A stretch of DNA of 64,000 nucleotides, taken from positions 256,001 through 320,000 of the forward strand of contig JAVJQW010000012.1 of assembly GCA_040218735.1 (NCBI GenBank), given 5' to 3'. Numbering within the stretch: the first letter of the stretch is position 1; each line of letters begins with the position of its first letter. Shown piece by piece: positions 49,301-60,430 of the stretch. The stretch is from Deltaproteobacteria bacterium (GTDB lineage: Bacteria > Myxococcota > Kuafuiibacteriia > Kuafuiibacteriales > Kuafuiibacteriaceae). The notes under the pieces are model-generated. The model saw only the letters and a program-made list of their open reading frames with translations. It had not been told where the DNA came from and searched no databases. Both the position numbers and the translations under genes were made by a program.

Positions 49301-50352
49301 GCCACCTCGGCCGCCACTTCCGCAGGGCGCCCGACGGCCGGCTGCGGTGCGAGGTCTGCCCGCGGTTCTGCACACTCGCGGACGGCCAGCGCGGGCTGTG
49401 TTTCGTGCGCAAACGCGAGGGCGACGACATCGTCCTCACCACCTACGGGCGGAGCAGCGGCTTCGTGATCGACCCGATCGAGAAGAAGCCGCTCAACCAC
49501 TTCTACCCCGGGACGAGTGTGCTCTCGTTCGGAACCGCGGGCTGCAACCTAGCTTGCAAGTTCTGCCAGAACTGGGACATCTCGAAGTCGCGCGAGCTCG
49601 ACACACTCCAGTCGGAGGCGTCGCCGGATCGGATCGCCGAGCTGTGCGTCGAGAGCGGCGCGAAGAGCGTCGCGTTCACGTACAACGATCCGGTCATCTT
49701 CCTGGAGTACGCGGTCGACACGGCCAAGGCGTGCCGGGAGCGCGGCGTGAAGACCGTCGCGGTCACGGCCGGCTACCTCACCGACGCCGCGCGACGCGAC
49801 TTCTTCTCGGACATCGACGCCGCCAACGTCGACCTCAAGGCGTTCACCGACGACTTCTACCGTGACGTCACCGCGAGCGCTCTGCAGCCGGTGCTCGACA
49901 CGCTGAAGTACCTGCGACACGAGACCGACGTCTGGTTCGAGGTCACGACGCTCCTCATCCCCGGCCTGAACGACGACGACGATCAGCTCGACCGGCAGAT
50001 CGCGTGGATGCTCGAGCACCTCGGCCCCGAGGTGCCCCTGCACTTCTCCGCGTACCACCCCGACTACAAGATGGACCGCCCGGCCACGCCGAAGTCCACG
50101 TTGACGCGCGCGCGCGACCGCGCCCGCCGCGCGGGCCTTCACTACGTCTACACCGGCAACGTGCACGACGCGGAGGGCGACACCACGCGCTGCCCGGCGT
50201 GCGGCGAAGCGGTCATCGAGCGCGACTGGTACGACATCGAGCGGTACGCGCTCGACCGTGAGGGCCGGTGTGCATGCGGCGCCGCGATCACGGGGCGCTT
50301 CGGTGAAGACGCGGGGTCGTGGGGACGAAGGCGCCTGCGCGTGGTTCCTTAG
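49297..50352 (+). CDS. amrS: AmmeMemoRadiSam system radical SAM enzyme
   Basis: CEVCPRFC...GLCFVR, DPIEKKPL, GCNLACKFCQNWDIS, AFTYNDP, NVDLK, YVYTGNV. Confidence 0.93.
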   Translation: MSHLGRHFRRAPDGRLRCEVCPRFCTLADGQRGLCFVRKREGDDIVLTTYGRSSGFVIDPIEKKPLNHFYPGTSVLSFGTAGCNLACKFCQNWDISKSRELDTLQSEASPDRIAELCVESGAKSVAFTYNDPVIFLEYAVDTAKACRERGVKTVAVTAGYLTDAARRDFFSDIDAANVDLKAFTDDFYRDVTASALQPVLDTLKYLRHETDVWFEVTTLLIPGLNDDDDQLDRQIAWMLEHLGPEVPLHFSAYHPDYKMDRPATPKSTLTRARDRARRAGLHYVYTGNVHDAEGDTTRCPACGEAVIERDWYDIERYALDREGRCACGAAITGRFGEDAGSWGRRRLRVVP

Positions 50353-50903
50353 AAGTCCTCGCGGGGACTCGCGAGCAACCGGAGCACACCGCGCACGATC
50401 CACGCGGTCCCCATCCCGCCGTATACCCACTGGCCGGCGGTCGAGTCCGCGGTGAGAAAGAAGTATAGCGCGACACAACCGGTCGCGACGGCCGACGAGA
50501 CGCGGCCGATGCTCACGCTCGTGAAGTTCTCCACGCGTGTCATCCGCACCCACCACACCCAGAGCACGCCGACGAGGACCATCGGGAACGCGACGGCGGT
50601 GAGGAGCTCCTCGAGGTAGCGCAGCGGCTTGGGCGTCTGAGCTCGCCAGGCGTGCCGTAGCAGGCCCGACACCGTGTCGCTCGTCCCGTCGTCGAATTGG
50701 GTCGTGCGGAGGATTGCCCTCGCGTCCTCCGCGCTCCCGGTGTACGCGACCGGGTCCTGCTTGCGGGCTTCGAGGCGGTCGTCGATCTCGGTGCGACCGT
50801 CGAAGATCTCGGGCGCGACGGACTGCATCGCACCGCAGTGCGGGCACCGGCCCGCCTGACGACTCATCTTTGCGCCGCAGGCCTCGCAGTTGCGCGTCGC
50901 CAT
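50349..50903 (-). CDS. Zinc-ribbon membrane protein
   Basis: CEAC...CPHCG at the N-terminus; three C-terminal TM segments. Confidence 0.7.
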   Translation of the reverse strand: MATRNCEACGAKMSRQAGRCPHCGAMQSVAPEIFDGRTEIDDRLEARKQDPVAYTGSAEDARAILRTTQFDDGTSDTVSGLLRHAWRAQTPKPLRYLEELLTAVAFPMVLVGVLWVWWVRMTRVENFTSVSIGRVSSAVATGCVALYFFLTADSTAGQWVYGGMGTAWIVRGVLRLLASPREDF

Positions 50904-50908
50904 CGGGA

Positions 50909-52513
50909 TCAGTCCAAGACCCGATCCACGATCGCGCGGGCCTCCTCTTGCACCTGCTTCAGGTGATCGGGTCCGCGGAACGACTCCGCGTAGATCTTGT
51001 AGACCGCCTCCGTGCCGGACGGGCGCGCCGCGAACCAGCCGTTCTCCGTGACGACCTTCAGGCCGCCGATCGGGGCGTCACCTTCGGGGGCGTTCGTCAT
51101 CTTCGCGACGATCGGCTCGCCAGCGAGCTCGGTGGCGGTGACGTCGGTCGGCGACAGCGCGCCGAGGCGCTTCTTCTGTTCGGCGGTGGCGGGGGCGTCG
51201 AGGCGCTCGTAGATCGGTTCGCCGAGCTGCGCGGTGAGCTGCGCGTAGTGCTCGGACGGATCCTTGCCGGTAGTCGCGGTGATCTCCGCGGCGAGGAGGT
51301 CGAGGATGATGCCGTCCTTGTCCGTGGTCCACACGCCACCGTCCTTGCGGAGGAACGACGCGCCGGCGCTCTCCTCCCCCGCGAAGCCGTAGACGCCGTC
51401 CTTCAGACCGTCGACGAACCATTTGAACCCGACGGGGACCTCGGCGAGCCGCCGACCGAGTGTCTTCGCGACGCGATCGATCAGGCTGCTGCTGACGAGC
51501 GTCTTGCCGATTGCGACGTCCGCTCCCCAGCCGCGTGTCCCGAAGACGTGTTGGATGGCGACGGCGAGGTAGTGGTTCGGGTTCATCAACCCGCGTTTGG
51601 TCACGATGCCGTGGCGGTCGTAGTCGGTGTCGTTGCCGAACGCGATGTCGAAGCGATCCTTCAGCCCGATCAGGCTCGCCATCGCGTACGGCGACGAGCA
51701 GTCCATGCGGATGCGCCCGTCCTTGTCGAGGGTCATGAACCGGAACGTCGGATCCACGTTCGGGTTCACGACCTCCAGGTTCAATCCGTAGCGCTCCGCG
51801 AGCGGCGCCCACACGCCGATGCCGGAGCCGCCCATCGGGTCGACGCCGATCGACAGATCCTTCATCCCCGCGAAGTCGATCACCCGGTCGAGCGCTTCCA
51901 CGTACGGCGTGACGTAGTCGTGTGCGACCGCCGCCGCGCGGGCCTTCGCGTAGGGAACCCGGCGGATCTCGGACGGCGACGCCATCAGCGCGTTCGCGCG
52001 TGTCTCGATCTTCTTCGTCACGGCGCCGTCGGCCGGCCCACCGTGCGGTGGGTTGTATTTGAAGCCGCCGTCCTCGGGTGGGTTGTGGGACGGGGTCACG
52101 ACGATGCCGTCGGCCACGCCGTCGTGGTTCAGGATCGCGAAGGAGACGAGCGGCGTCGGGGTGTAGCCGTCGGTGGGATCTACGAGCACGGTGACGTCGT
52201 TCGCGGCGAGCACCTCGAGCGCGGTGCGGCGCGCGGGCTCGGAGAGCGCGTGCGTGTCGGCGCCGAGGTAGAGCGGGCCTTCGATCCCCTCCGCCGCGCG
52301 GTACTCGACGATTGCCTGCGTGATGGCGGCGATGTGGAGGTCGTTGAAGCTCGACTTCAGCGACGACCCGCGATGCCCGGAGGTCCCGAAAGCGACGCGG
52401 CACGCGGGGTCGGTCGGGTCGGGGGCCTCGCTGTAGTAGCGGGCGATCAGGCGGGGCACGTCGACGAGGGCGTCGGCGGGCGCGGGCTTTCCGGCGAGCG
52501 GGTGGGAGGCCAT
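50909..52513 (-). CDS. pgm: Phosphoglucomutase (alpha-D-glucose-1,6-bisphosphate-dependent)
   Basis: [34 protein letters not shown]. Confidence 0.97.
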   Translation of the reverse strand: MASHPLAGKPAPADALVDVPRLIARYYSEAPDPTDPACRVAFGTSGHRGSSLKSSFNDLHIAAITQAIVEYRAAEGIEGPLYLGADTHALSEPARRTALEVLAANDVTVLVDPTDGYTPTPLVSFAILNHDGVADGIVVTPSHNPPEDGGFKYNPPHGGPADGAVTKKIETRANALMASPSEIRRVPYAKARAAAVAHDYVTPYVEALDRVIDFAGMKDLSIGVDPMGGSGIGVWAPLAERYGLNLEVVNPNVDPTFRFMTLDKDGRIRMDCSSPYAMASLIGLKDRFDIAFGNDTDYDRHGIVTKRGLMNPNHYLAVAIQHVFGTRGWGADVAIGKTLVSSSLIDRVAKTLGRRLAEVPVGFKWFVDGLKDGVYGFAGEESAGASFLRKDGGVWTTDKDGIILDLLAAEITATTGKDPSEHYAQLTAQLGEPIYERLDAPATAEQKKRLGALSPTDVTATELAGEPIVAKMTNAPEGDAPIGGLKVVTENGWFAARPSGTEAVYKIYAESFRGPDHLKQVQEEARAIVDRVLD

Positions 52514-52546
52514 GGCGCCGGGAGGGTAGCAGCCCTCGGCGCCCGG

Positions 52547-53395
52547 TCACATGAGGTCGAACACGACGTCGGCGACGAGCCCGAGGCCGGACAGATCGAG
52601 CTCGACGCCGTCGCCGAAGTCGAGCGGGGCGTAGCGGAGGGTCCCGAGGAGGCGCGCGTCCGGGAGCTCGTGGTTGTGAAACTGCAGCCCGAAGCGCCCT
52701 TCGACGCCGAGCGCGGTCTCGCCCCGGCCGCGGAAGCGCGCGTGGAAGATGGACGGGCCGCCGGCGAACACGAGATCGACCCAGCCGCTCACCGGCAGGT
52801 AGAAGTGGCCGCGCACCGAACCGGTGATCGCGTGCGCGAACGCGAGCGTCGCGTTGACCGACCCGTTCGTCTCGAGCTCGACGTTGAAGAAACGCGGCGT
52901 GAACAGGTAGGTGACGGCGGGGACCAGCGCAAACTGCGAGAAGCGCAGCTCACCGGTGAGCCCGACGCCGAACAGAAACACGAGCTCCGAGAGCGCCCCC
53001 TGCTGCGGCTGCTGCGCGCTCACGGCGGACATTCGATCCGCGAGGAAAGGTGAACGGAAGACACCGTACTCGGTGTGCATCCCCGCGAGCAGGAACCCGA
53101 GCGGCGGAGGCGGCGGGCGCGGCGCGGATGGGCGCGCGGACTCCACGGTCGGCGAAGACGGCCGAACGGTGGCGGTGAATACCGTCGAGGTCAGGGTGCG
53201 CCGAAGGGGCGCCGCGGAGGTCGCGGTGGCGACGGAGGTCGACGCGGGCGGCGTCGCCTTCACGGAGCCCGCCGCGGTGACGGGGGACGTCGTCACCGCC
53301 GACGCGGGCGGCCCAGCGGTCACCGTCGCGGTGGCGACGAGCGCGAGCGCCGCGAAGCTCACGCGCTGGGCTCCCGGGAGCACATCCGGCGGCAT
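52547..53395 (-). CDS. Hypothetical exported protein with a Thr/Ala-rich N-terminus and a putative outer-membrane beta-barrel
   Basis: Hydrophobic N-terminal segment, low-complexity linker, then alternating amphipathic strands; start at 53395 or 53362. Confidence 0.55.
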   Translation of the reverse strand: MPPDVLPGAQRVSFAALALVATATVTAGPPASAVTTSPVTAAGSVKATPPASTSVATATSAAPLRRTLTSTVFTATVRPSSPTVESARPSAPRPPPPPLGFLLAGMHTEYGVFRSPFLADRMSAVSAQQPQQGALSELVFLFGVGLTGELRFSQFALVPAVTYLFTPRFFNVELETNGSVNATLAFAHAITGSVRGHFYLPVSGWVDLVFAGGPSIFHARFRGRGETALGVEGRFGLQFHNHELPDARLLGTLRYAPLDFGDGVELDLSGLGLVADVVFDLM

Positions 53396-53573
53396 GATAG
53401 CGCCGCCCGCGGCCCGGAACGGAACGGCGCGCCCTGCGCCCGGCGACGGAACGGCGCCGGCCCCGGAACGGCGCGCGTCCCCGCCCCTGGGACGCGGAAC
53501 GTTCTGCGTTCCGCGTTGGGGCCGGATCGACCCCACGCGCGCACGGCCCGGTTCCTGCTCTTGGGGCCCGACG

Positions 53574-55289
53574 ATGCGAACACGCTTGATGTCCACGACC
53601 CTCCTCCTCGGCGTCGCCGCCTGCGGCGTCGAGTCCAAAGCTCCCCAACAGCAGCGCGCTCCGGTCACGACGGCGGCGCAGATCCTCCTCGTCGCCGGCT
53701 CCCCGCGAGGCGCGCCGCCCGATCGCGACGTGGTCCAACATCTCCAGGCGCGCGGGCACACCGTGGACATCGTCGCGGACGACGCGCTGCGCGCGGCGGA
53801 CGTGGCGGGGCGGGACCTCGTGCTCGTCGCGTCGTCCGTGGTTCCGAGCGACGTCGGGACGAAGCTGCGCGACGTCACCGTCCCGGTCGTGCTCTGGGAG
53901 CAGTTCCTCTACGACGAGATGCAGATGGCGTCCGCACCCCGCGTCACCCCGGGCAACACCCGCAACGTCGTCATCGAGGCGCCAGGCCACCCGGCCGCCG
54001 GGGGGCTCACCGGGAGCGTCGCGATCACCGACGGGTCGACGCGGCTGACCTACGCGACACCCGCGGGCAGCGCGCAGACGATCGCGTCGGTCCAAGGCCG
54101 CGCGCACACGTTTGTGTACGTCGCAGGCGAGACGATGCGGAACGGGTTCGTCGCCCCCGCGATCCGCGCGGGGATCGGGTTCGACTACCCGACGCCCGCC
54201 GCGCTCAACACCAACGGCTGGTCGCTCTTCGACGGCGTCGTCGACTTCGCGCTCGGCGGCTCGACCGGCGGCGGAGGCGGAGGCGGAGGCGGAGACGGCG
54301 GAGGAGGCGGCGCGATGCCGCCCCCCGGCGCGATCCTCGACGGGGACGAGCCGCTCCCGAACTTCCCCGCGTCGCCGTTGCCGACGACGTATTTCCAGAT
54401 CCCGTGGAACGACTACCCGCCGGTGTGGAAGAACACCGGCAACCCGGCGAGCCGCATCGGTTGGATCAACCGCTGCACGCCGTCCGCCCGCGCGCAGATC
54501 GATCCGATCGTGTCCCCGATGAGCCCGACGTCCGGGCACCTGCACGACTTCTTCTCGAACCCCGCCGTCCGGCACGACCGGGTGTTCACGCACCAGCTCG
54601 TCGGCGGCGTCTCGCGGAGCACGCTGACCTGCGACGACAACGACGACTTCGCGGCGTACTGGGTCGCCGCCGTGCACGACAACGGGCAGAGCTGGGTGCC
54701 CGAGGCGCTGCACGTCTATTACAAGGGCAAGGTCCGCGCGAACCACATCCAGCCGATCCCCCTCGGGCTCCGGATGGTCGTCGGCGACGCGGGCGCTACC
54801 TCGAACCAGTCCGCGCAGGTCGGCTGGTGGGAGCGCATGCGCAACTCGAACGAAGGCAACACCGGCGCCCTCCCGCCCAACACGAGGAACCTGAACCAGA
54901 TGATCACCGTCGGCGGGAACGAGCAGCTCGTGCTGCGCCTCAACTACCCCGACTGTTGGGATGGCCAGTACCTCTACAAGCCTGACGGCAGCCACATGGC
55001 CTACAGCCGCGGCGCGTACGGCTCCGCGACCTGCCCCGCGTCGCACCCGGTGGCGATTCCGCAGGTCGTCTACTTCGTGCGCTACCCGCCGGGTGTCGAC
55101 GGCGGGAGTGACTTCACGCTGAGCTCGGGGAATTGGTACACGTTCCACGGCGACTTCTGGAACGCCTGGGATCCGCGCGTCATGCAGCAGCTCGTCGACC
55201 GGTGCGTACGGTCGAAGGCGAACTGTCGCCTCTCCCGGAGCGTCGGCGACATCGGCGCGCGGCAGCGACGCATCACCATCGGGAACTGA
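53574..55289 (+). CDS. DUF1996-domain lipoprotein
   Basis: Lipobox VAAC; IDPIVSP...HLHDFF, AAYWV, GLRMVVGDA, YPDCWDG, CPASHPV, FHGDFWNAWD. Confidence 0.88.
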   Translation: MRTRLMSTTLLLGVAACGVESKAPQQQRAPVTTAAQILLVAGSPRGAPPDRDVVQHLQARGHTVDIVADDALRAADVAGRDLVLVASSVVPSDVGTKLRDVTVPVVLWEQFLYDEMQMASAPRVTPGNTRNVVIEAPGHPAAGGLTGSVAITDGSTRLTYATPAGSAQTIASVQGRAHTFVYVAGETMRNGFVAPAIRAGIGFDYPTPAALNTNGWSLFDGVVDFALGGSTGGGGGGGGGDGGGGGAMPPPGAILDGDEPLPNFPASPLPTTYFQIPWNDYPPVWKNTGNPASRIGWINRCTPSARAQIDPIVSPMSPTSGHLHDFFSNPAVRHDRVFTHQLVGGVSRSTLTCDDNDDFAAYWVAAVHDNGQSWVPEALHVYYKGKVRANHIQPIPLGLRMVVGDAGATSNQSAQVGWWERMRNSNEGNTGALPPNTRNLNQMITVGGNEQLVLRLNYPDCWDGQYLYKPDGSHMAYSRGAYGSATCPASHPVAIPQVVYFVRYPPGVDGGSDFTLSSGNWYTFHGDFWNAWDPRVMQQLVDRCVRSKANCRLSRSVGDIGARQRRITIGN

Positions 55290-55305
55290 GGTGGCGTGAC
55301 GCCGC

Positions 55306-55397
55306 GCAACGTCGATTGCACTTGTTGCAACTCGAACGGCGGGGGCGAGGTACCGCGCGAGGATCCGAGCCCCCGCCGAGGTGGCCCGAGGTGTGCA
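55306..55397 (+). promoter_or_regulatory. Sigma54 (-24/-12)-like promoter with an upstream inverted repeat
   Basis: TGGCCCGAGGTGTGCA at 55382-55397 (GG-N10-GC); GCAAC-N13-GTTGC at 55306-55328; AAGGAG RBS downstream. Confidence 0.55.
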
Positions 55398-55426
55398 TTT
55401 GCTCCGAACACGAAGGAGCACATGCG

Positions 55427-56005
55427 ATGAAAGTCAGCGGAGAGAACACGTTTCTTTATCAACTCACGGGCCAGCAGAAGTTCGACGAGGCCAGCGTGCA
55501 GCGCGAAGGCGGCTTTGGGTTCTTCGGCCTGTTCGGCTCGAAGTCGATCACGATCGACGCGGGCGCTGGCGACGACGAGATCTCGGTCTCGAAGCTCGGT
55601 CACGACCAGTACGAGGTCGACATCAACGGCCAGAAGTTCATCCTGAGCGCCGAGGAGATGAAGAACCTCACGATCAAGGGCGGCGAAGGCAACGACAAGA
55701 TCCACATCGACGAGAGCGTGGACATCGCCCTCAACATCGACGGCGGCGCGGGCGACGACGTCATCGTCAACCACTCGAACTTCTCGAAGATCGACGGCGG
55801 CGAAGGCAACGACGTGATCGTCAGCCTCGCGCACTTCGTGGAGATCATGGGCGGCGAAGGCAACGACGTCATCTACGCAAACGGCGTCGGGAACGAGATC
55901 TACGGCGACAAGAAGGCCGAGACGTTCTGGGAGATGCTCTTCGGGACCACCGACGAAGCTGATCTCATCGACACCGACGGCTACTTCAACACCGTCCACC
56001 AGTAA
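55427..56005 (+). CDS. Small RTX/hemolysin-type Ca-binding repeat protein
   Basis: GAGDD, three GGEGND and one GGAGDD nonapeptide-type repeats; no signal peptide. Confidence 0.8.
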   Translation: MKVSGENTFLYQLTGQQKFDEASVQREGGFGFFGLFGSKSITIDAGAGDDEISVSKLGHDQYEVDINGQKFILSAEEMKNLTIKGGEGNDKIHIDESVDIALNIDGGAGDDVIVNHSNFSKIDGGEGNDVIVSLAHFVEIMGGEGNDVIYANGVGNEIYGDKKAETFWEMLFGTTDEADLIDTDGYFNTVHQ

Positions 56006-56014
56006 GCGGCGACC

Positions 56015-57355
56015 TCAGTCGTCGATCTCGACCCCGTGTTTGCGGAGGGTGCGCGCGAACGTCTTCTTGTGGATGCCCGCGTGCGCCGCCGCAGCGTCGA
56101 GATCTTGGGCGACCCGGTCGAGGACCGCGCGTAGGTAGCGCGGCTCGAGGACGTCCAGCCACTGCTGCCGGGCGTCCTTGATCGAAAGCTCCGCGTGCAG
56201 CGGGACGTCCTCGGGCGTCGGCGCCGCGACGGGCGGGCGACGCGCACCCACGAGGAGCGCCTGCTCGATCGCGGCGGCGTCGATGACGCCACGGTCCGCG
56301 AGCGCCGCCGCGCGCCTCAGGAGGTTGCGCAGCTCGCGCACGTTGCCCGGGTAGTCGAGCGCCGCGAGCTTGGCCTCGGCGTCGGACGAGACGCGGTTAC
56401 GCGGGAGCAGCGCCTTCGCGAGCAGCGGGATGTCTTCCTTGCGCGCGTGGAGCGGCGGGATGTGCAGGACGATCTCGGCGAGGCGATAGAAGAGGTCCTC
56501 GCGGAACGTGCCCTCGGCGACCTGGGCCTCGAGATCGCGGTGCGTCGCAGCGACGACCCGAACATCGACGTCGAGGGTTCGCTCGGCACCGAGCGGGCGC
56601 ACCTCGCGACGCTCGAGGACGCGGAGCAACCTGGGTTGCAGATCCAGCGGGAGCTCTCCGACCTCGTCGAGGAAGAGCGTCCCACCCGACGCGAGCTCGA
56701 ACGCGCCGGCGCGACGCTGCTCGGCCCCGGTGAACGCGCCGCGTTCGTGCCCGAAGAGATCCGACTCGATCAGCTGACGATTCACCGACGCGCAGTCCAC
56801 GACCACGAACGGCTGCTCCCGACGAGGGCTCGCGCCGTGGATCGCGCGGGCGACCATCTCCTTGCCGACGCCGGTCTCGCCGAGCACCACACACACCAGC
56901 TCCGTGCGCGCGACGCGTTCGAGGAGACCGAACATCGTGCGCATCACCTCCGTGCGTCCGACGAGCTCCCCGAAGTCTTCGCGGTCGCGCTCGACCGGGA
57001 GCCACTCGACCTTCGCCGTGAGCTCGATCGTCGTGTTGCCGAAGTGGATCCGCTTCCCCGGAGAGAGGAACGCCTCGACCACCTCTTCGTCGCCGACCCA
57101 CGTACCGTTCGTGGAGCCCAGATCCCGGACCACGAAGCGCTCCCCCTTTCGAACGATCTGGGCGTGGTGCGACGAGACCGTGTCGTCGCCGAGCACGAGA
57201 TCGTTGTTGGGCGCGGTGCCGATCGACACCCTCGGCGTCGTGCACTTGACGGTGCGGCCGGCGTCGGGCCCGGCCACGACGCGAACGATGCTCTCGTGCA
57301 CCGCCACGTGCGTGCGGTCGTCCCGCAGGATGACCTGGGTGCCGAGCGTCTCCAC
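56015..57355 (-). CDS. FHA-domain sigma54-dependent enhancer-binding protein
   Basis: FHA ([14 protein letters not shown]), [40 protein letters not shown]; C-terminal HTH. Confidence 0.95.
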   Translation of the reverse strand: METLGTQVILRDDRTHVAVHESIVRVVAGPDAGRTVKCTTPRVSIGTAPNNDLVLGDDTVSSHHAQIVRKGERFVVRDLGSTNGTWVGDEEVVEAFLSPGKRIHFGNTTIELTAKVEWLPVERDREDFGELVGRTEVMRTMFGLLERVARTELVCVVLGETGVGKEMVARAIHGASPRREQPFVVVDCASVNRQLIESDLFGHERGAFTGAEQRRAGAFELASGGTLFLDEVGELPLDLQPRLLRVLERREVRPLGAERTLDVDVRVVAATHRDLEAQVAEGTFREDLFYRLAEIVLHIPPLHARKEDIPLLAKALLPRNRVSSDAEAKLAALDYPGNVRELRNLLRRAAALADRGVIDAAAIEQALLVGARRPPVAAPTPEDVPLHAELSIKDARQQWLDVLEPRYLRAVLDRVAQDLDAAAAHAGIHKKTFARTLRKHGVEIDD

Positions 57356-57420
57356 GGGCCGAAGCTATCCGTCTGGCGAGGTCGGCTCAACCGAGGGCGG
57401 CGCTGCGTTATGCTCGGCGC

Positions 57421-58959
57421 GTGCGACGCGCTTCGACCGCCGGGCTGCTGCTCCTCGTGAGCGGCTGTGCGCGCGACGCTGCGCTCGTGCTGGAGTGGGA
57501 TCCGGTCGAGCTCGCGGACGACGCGATCCGCATCGAGCTCGTGGTGCACGACGACGTGGACTGCAGCCACGAGATCTCCTCGGCGGCGTTCACGCTCGAC
57601 GACCGCCCCGACCTCGTCCTCCCCGCGGGCGACGCCTGCTTCGTGGCGCGCGCACGCAACGACCGCTGCCAGACCTACGCGGCGGGTGAACGCCGCGCCG
57701 CGTTCCCGACCAGCGATCGCATCACGATCGTCATGACCGCGACGGAAGATCCCGGGTGTCCCGCCGACGCCGTCTGCCGCGAGGACGCCTGCGTTCGCGG
57801 CGAAGCGATCGGCGCGATTACCCAGGCCGTCGCGGGCCGCCACCACACCTGCCTCGCGTACGCGACCGGCGACGTGCAGTGCTTCGGATTGAACGCGGAC
57901 GGCGAAGTCGGGCAGTCCACCGAGACCGTCGCCGTGCCCGCGACGGTCCCGGAGCTCTTCGGGACCACCGGCCTCGCGCTCGGCGGGCGGACGTTCACCG
58001 AGGGGGCGTCGGAGTCCGAGGTCACCGCGAACAACGCCGACGAGTCTGGCTTCACGTGTGCGATCGACGGCGGCACGCCCGTGTGTTTCGGCGCGAACGA
58101 CTTCGGCGAGCTCGGCCGAGGCGGCGCGACGGGTGACAGCCTCGCGCACCCGCGCCCCGAGCCGGTGGTGGACCTCGACGACGCGACCGAGCTCGCGCTC
58201 GGCGGCGCATTTGTGTGCGCGCTCCGCGACGGCGGCGCTGTGGCGTGCTGGGGCCGCAACGCGCTGGACGTGCTCGGCGTGAAGGCCGACGGCAGACCTT
58301 CGACGGCGCCGGTCGTGATCGAAGGCCTCCCTCCCCTCACGCAGGTCGCGGCGGGACACGCGCACGCCTGCGGTGTCGCGATGTCAGGTGAGCTGTACTG
58401 CTGGGGCGGCAACTACTTCGGCGCGCTGGGCGTCCGGACGCCGAAGACCTTCGCGACCCCTCGGCGCGTCGCGCTGGATCTCGAACCCGGCGACACGGTC
58501 GCCGCAGTCGCGGCGGGCGGCTACACGACGTGCGTGCGAACGACCCGCGGCGACGTGTGGTGTTGGGGGTGGTCCGACAAGGGGCAGGCCGGCGTCGAGA
58601 CGGGGCGCAACGCGATCAACGCGACGCCGACGCGCCTCGACATCTCGGGCGTCGCGCAGCTCGTGCTCGGGACGCGATTCGGTTGTGCACGCGGCGGCGA
58701 GGCCGTCATGTGCTGGGGCGAGCACCGCTTCGGGCAGCTCGGCACCGGGACGAGCACCGACGCCGACGCGCACCCGATCCCCGCGGCGGTGGAGGTCGCC
58801 GCGGCCGACCTCAGCTGCGGCACGCACCACTGCTGCGCGCTCCTCGTAGACGGCGACGTCGCGTGCTGGGGACGCGGGAGCTACGCCCGCCTCGGCGACC
58901 GGGAGGCGGCGGCGGACGCGCCGAGTCGAACGAGCCCGGTGCGCGTCATTCGAGATTGA
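57421..58959 (+). CDS. RCC1-repeat lipoprotein
   Basis: Lipobox VSGC; repeated AG..HTC...G.V.CWG.N..G.LG. Confidence 0.9.
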   Translation: MRRASTAGLLLLVSGCARDAALVLEWDPVELADDAIRIELVVHDDVDCSHEISSAAFTLDDRPDLVLPAGDACFVARARNDRCQTYAAGERRAAFPTSDRITIVMTATEDPGCPADAVCREDACVRGEAIGAITQAVAGRHHTCLAYATGDVQCFGLNADGEVGQSTETVAVPATVPELFGTTGLALGGRTFTEGASESEVTANNADESGFTCAIDGGTPVCFGANDFGELGRGGATGDSLAHPRPEPVVDLDDATELALGGAFVCALRDGGAVACWGRNALDVLGVKADGRPSTAPVVIEGLPPLTQVAAGHAHACGVAMSGELYCWGGNYFGALGVRTPKTFATPRRVALDLEPGDTVAAVAAGGYTTCVRTTRGDVWCWGWSDKGQAGVETGRNAINATPTRLDISGVAQLVLGTRFGCARGGEAVMCWGEHRFGQLGTGTSTDADAHPIPAAVEVAAADLSCGTHHCCALLVDGDVACWGRGSYARLGDREAAADAPSRTSPVRVIRD

Positions 58960-60427
58960 CGACGACGCGCGTCGAGGCGTCGGCGCGCACGCGCACACGT
59001 ACGCGCTTCGCCGGTCGCCCCGGCGGACGGACCTCGAGCGTGTGGCGACCGGCGGGGAGCTTTTCGACCATCGGCGACCACGCGAGTAGCGTGTCGTCGA
59101 GGTAGACCGGCGCGCTCGACACGCCGGTCGTGACCAGGTGCAGCTCACCCGTCCCGCGGGGCGCGCGGCGGCGACGGGGTTTGTTCGCAGGGGCACGCGG
59201 TGGGGGCGCGGCGCGAGCTTCGACGGGCGGCGGGGTCGAGGTCTGCTCGGGCTCCGGCGGCGCGGGCGCGTCGTTCGACTTGGCGCTGTCTTTCGTCGCG
59301 TCCGCGACGTTCGCCTCGGCGCGGATATCGACCGGCGCGTCGTCGCGCCCCGCGAGGACCCACGCCGATGCAAACGCGGCGAGGCTCGCCGCGGCGATCC
59401 ACACCGCGATCCGGCGCGACGGCGGCGGCGCGGCGAGGCGGGTCGTCGCCACCTCCTCTTCTTGTGGCGCGTCGGCGTCGAAGTGTTCGACGAGCCACCG
59501 CGATACCTGCGCTGTCTCGGCGACGTCCTGAACGGCGCGCGTGAAGGCCTTCGCGAAGGCACGAGTGTCCGCGAAGCGCGCGGCGGGATCACGTTCGAGC
59601 GCGCGGAGGATCACGGCGTCGAGCGCAGGGGGGAGGCTCGGTTCGACGCTGCTCGGGCGCGCGATCTCGGCGAGCTCGACGGCGCGGATCGTCTCGGCGT
59701 ACGCGTCGCGGGCGAAGAGGCTTCGTCGTGTGCACGCCTCCCACGCGACGACGCCGAGCGACCACACGTCGGCGCGGCGATCGACCGGTTGGCCGCGCAG
59801 GTGCTCCGGCGACGCGTACGCGAAGTTGCCCTTCACGACGCCCACCGAGGTCTGGTGGACACGACCACGTGCTTTTGCGATGCCGAAGTCCACGACCTTC
59901 GCGACGCCGTCGTAGGTGACGACCACGTTCGTCGGTGAGACGTCGCGGTGCACGATGCCCAGCTCGTGCGCCGCGAACAGCCCTTCGGCGACGCCACCGA
60001 TCACGTGCGTGGCAACGCCGAGGTAACGTTCGAACGCAGGCCCCGACAGCCCTTCGGCGCTACGCACCAGCGCGCCGAGCGATTCACCTTCGAGGTGCTC
60101 CATCGCGAGGTAGTACAGGCCGCGTTCCTCGCCGAAGTCGAAGACCTGGCACACGTTCGGGTGGTGCACGCGTGCGGCGATCTTGGCTTCGTCGAGGAAC
60201 ATCTCGACGAAGCGACGTTCGCCCGACAGGTGCGGATGGATGACCTTGATCGCGACCTTCCGCTCGAACCCTGCGGCGCCCTGCAACGTCCCGACGTAGA
60301 CCGTGGCCATCCCGCCGCTGCCGATGACTTCGCCGAGCTGGTAGCGCCCGAGCGTACGCGGGGCCTCGACGGTCGCACCGTCCGAGGTTGGAGCCGGCGC
60401 TCCGCGCGCGATGCGTCGCGTGGCCAC
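58946..60427 (-). CDS. Transmembrane Ser/Thr kinase with a PEGA-like extracellular domain
   Basis: GSGGMA, VAIK, HRDVSPTN, DFG, TM segment, VYLDD...LPAGRHTLEV. Confidence 0.93.
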   Translation of the reverse strand: MATRRIARGAPAPTSDGATVEAPRTLGRYQLGEVIGSGGMATVYVGTLQGAAGFERKVAIKVIHPHLSGERRFVEMFLDEAKIAARVHHPNVCQVFDFGEERGLYYLAMEHLEGESLGALVRSAEGLSGPAFERYLGVATHVIGGVAEGLFAAHELGIVHRDVSPTNVVVTYDGVAKVVDFGIAKARGRVHQTSVGVVKGNFAYASPEHLRGQPVDRRADVWSLGVVAWEACTRRSLFARDAYAETIRAVELAEIARPSSVEPSLPPALDAVILRALERDPAARFADTRAFAKAFTRAVQDVAETAQVSRWLVEHFDADAPQEEEVATTRLAAPPPSRRIAVWIAAASLAAFASAWVLAGRDDAPVDIRAEANVADATKDSAKSNDAPAPPEPEQTSTPPPVEARAAPPPRAPANKPRRRRAPRGTGELHLVTTGVSSAPVYLDDTLLAWSPMVEKLPAGRHTLEVRPPGRPAKRVRVRVRADASTRVVVNLE

Positions 60428-60430
60428 CGC

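Noticed and set aside
54265-54312. GGC/GGA microsatellite, and similar CCG-rich runs at about 18270-18330, 32110-32190 and 34000-34070
   Set aside because: These encode poly-Gly or poly-Pro linkers within proteins and are not independent DNA repeats.
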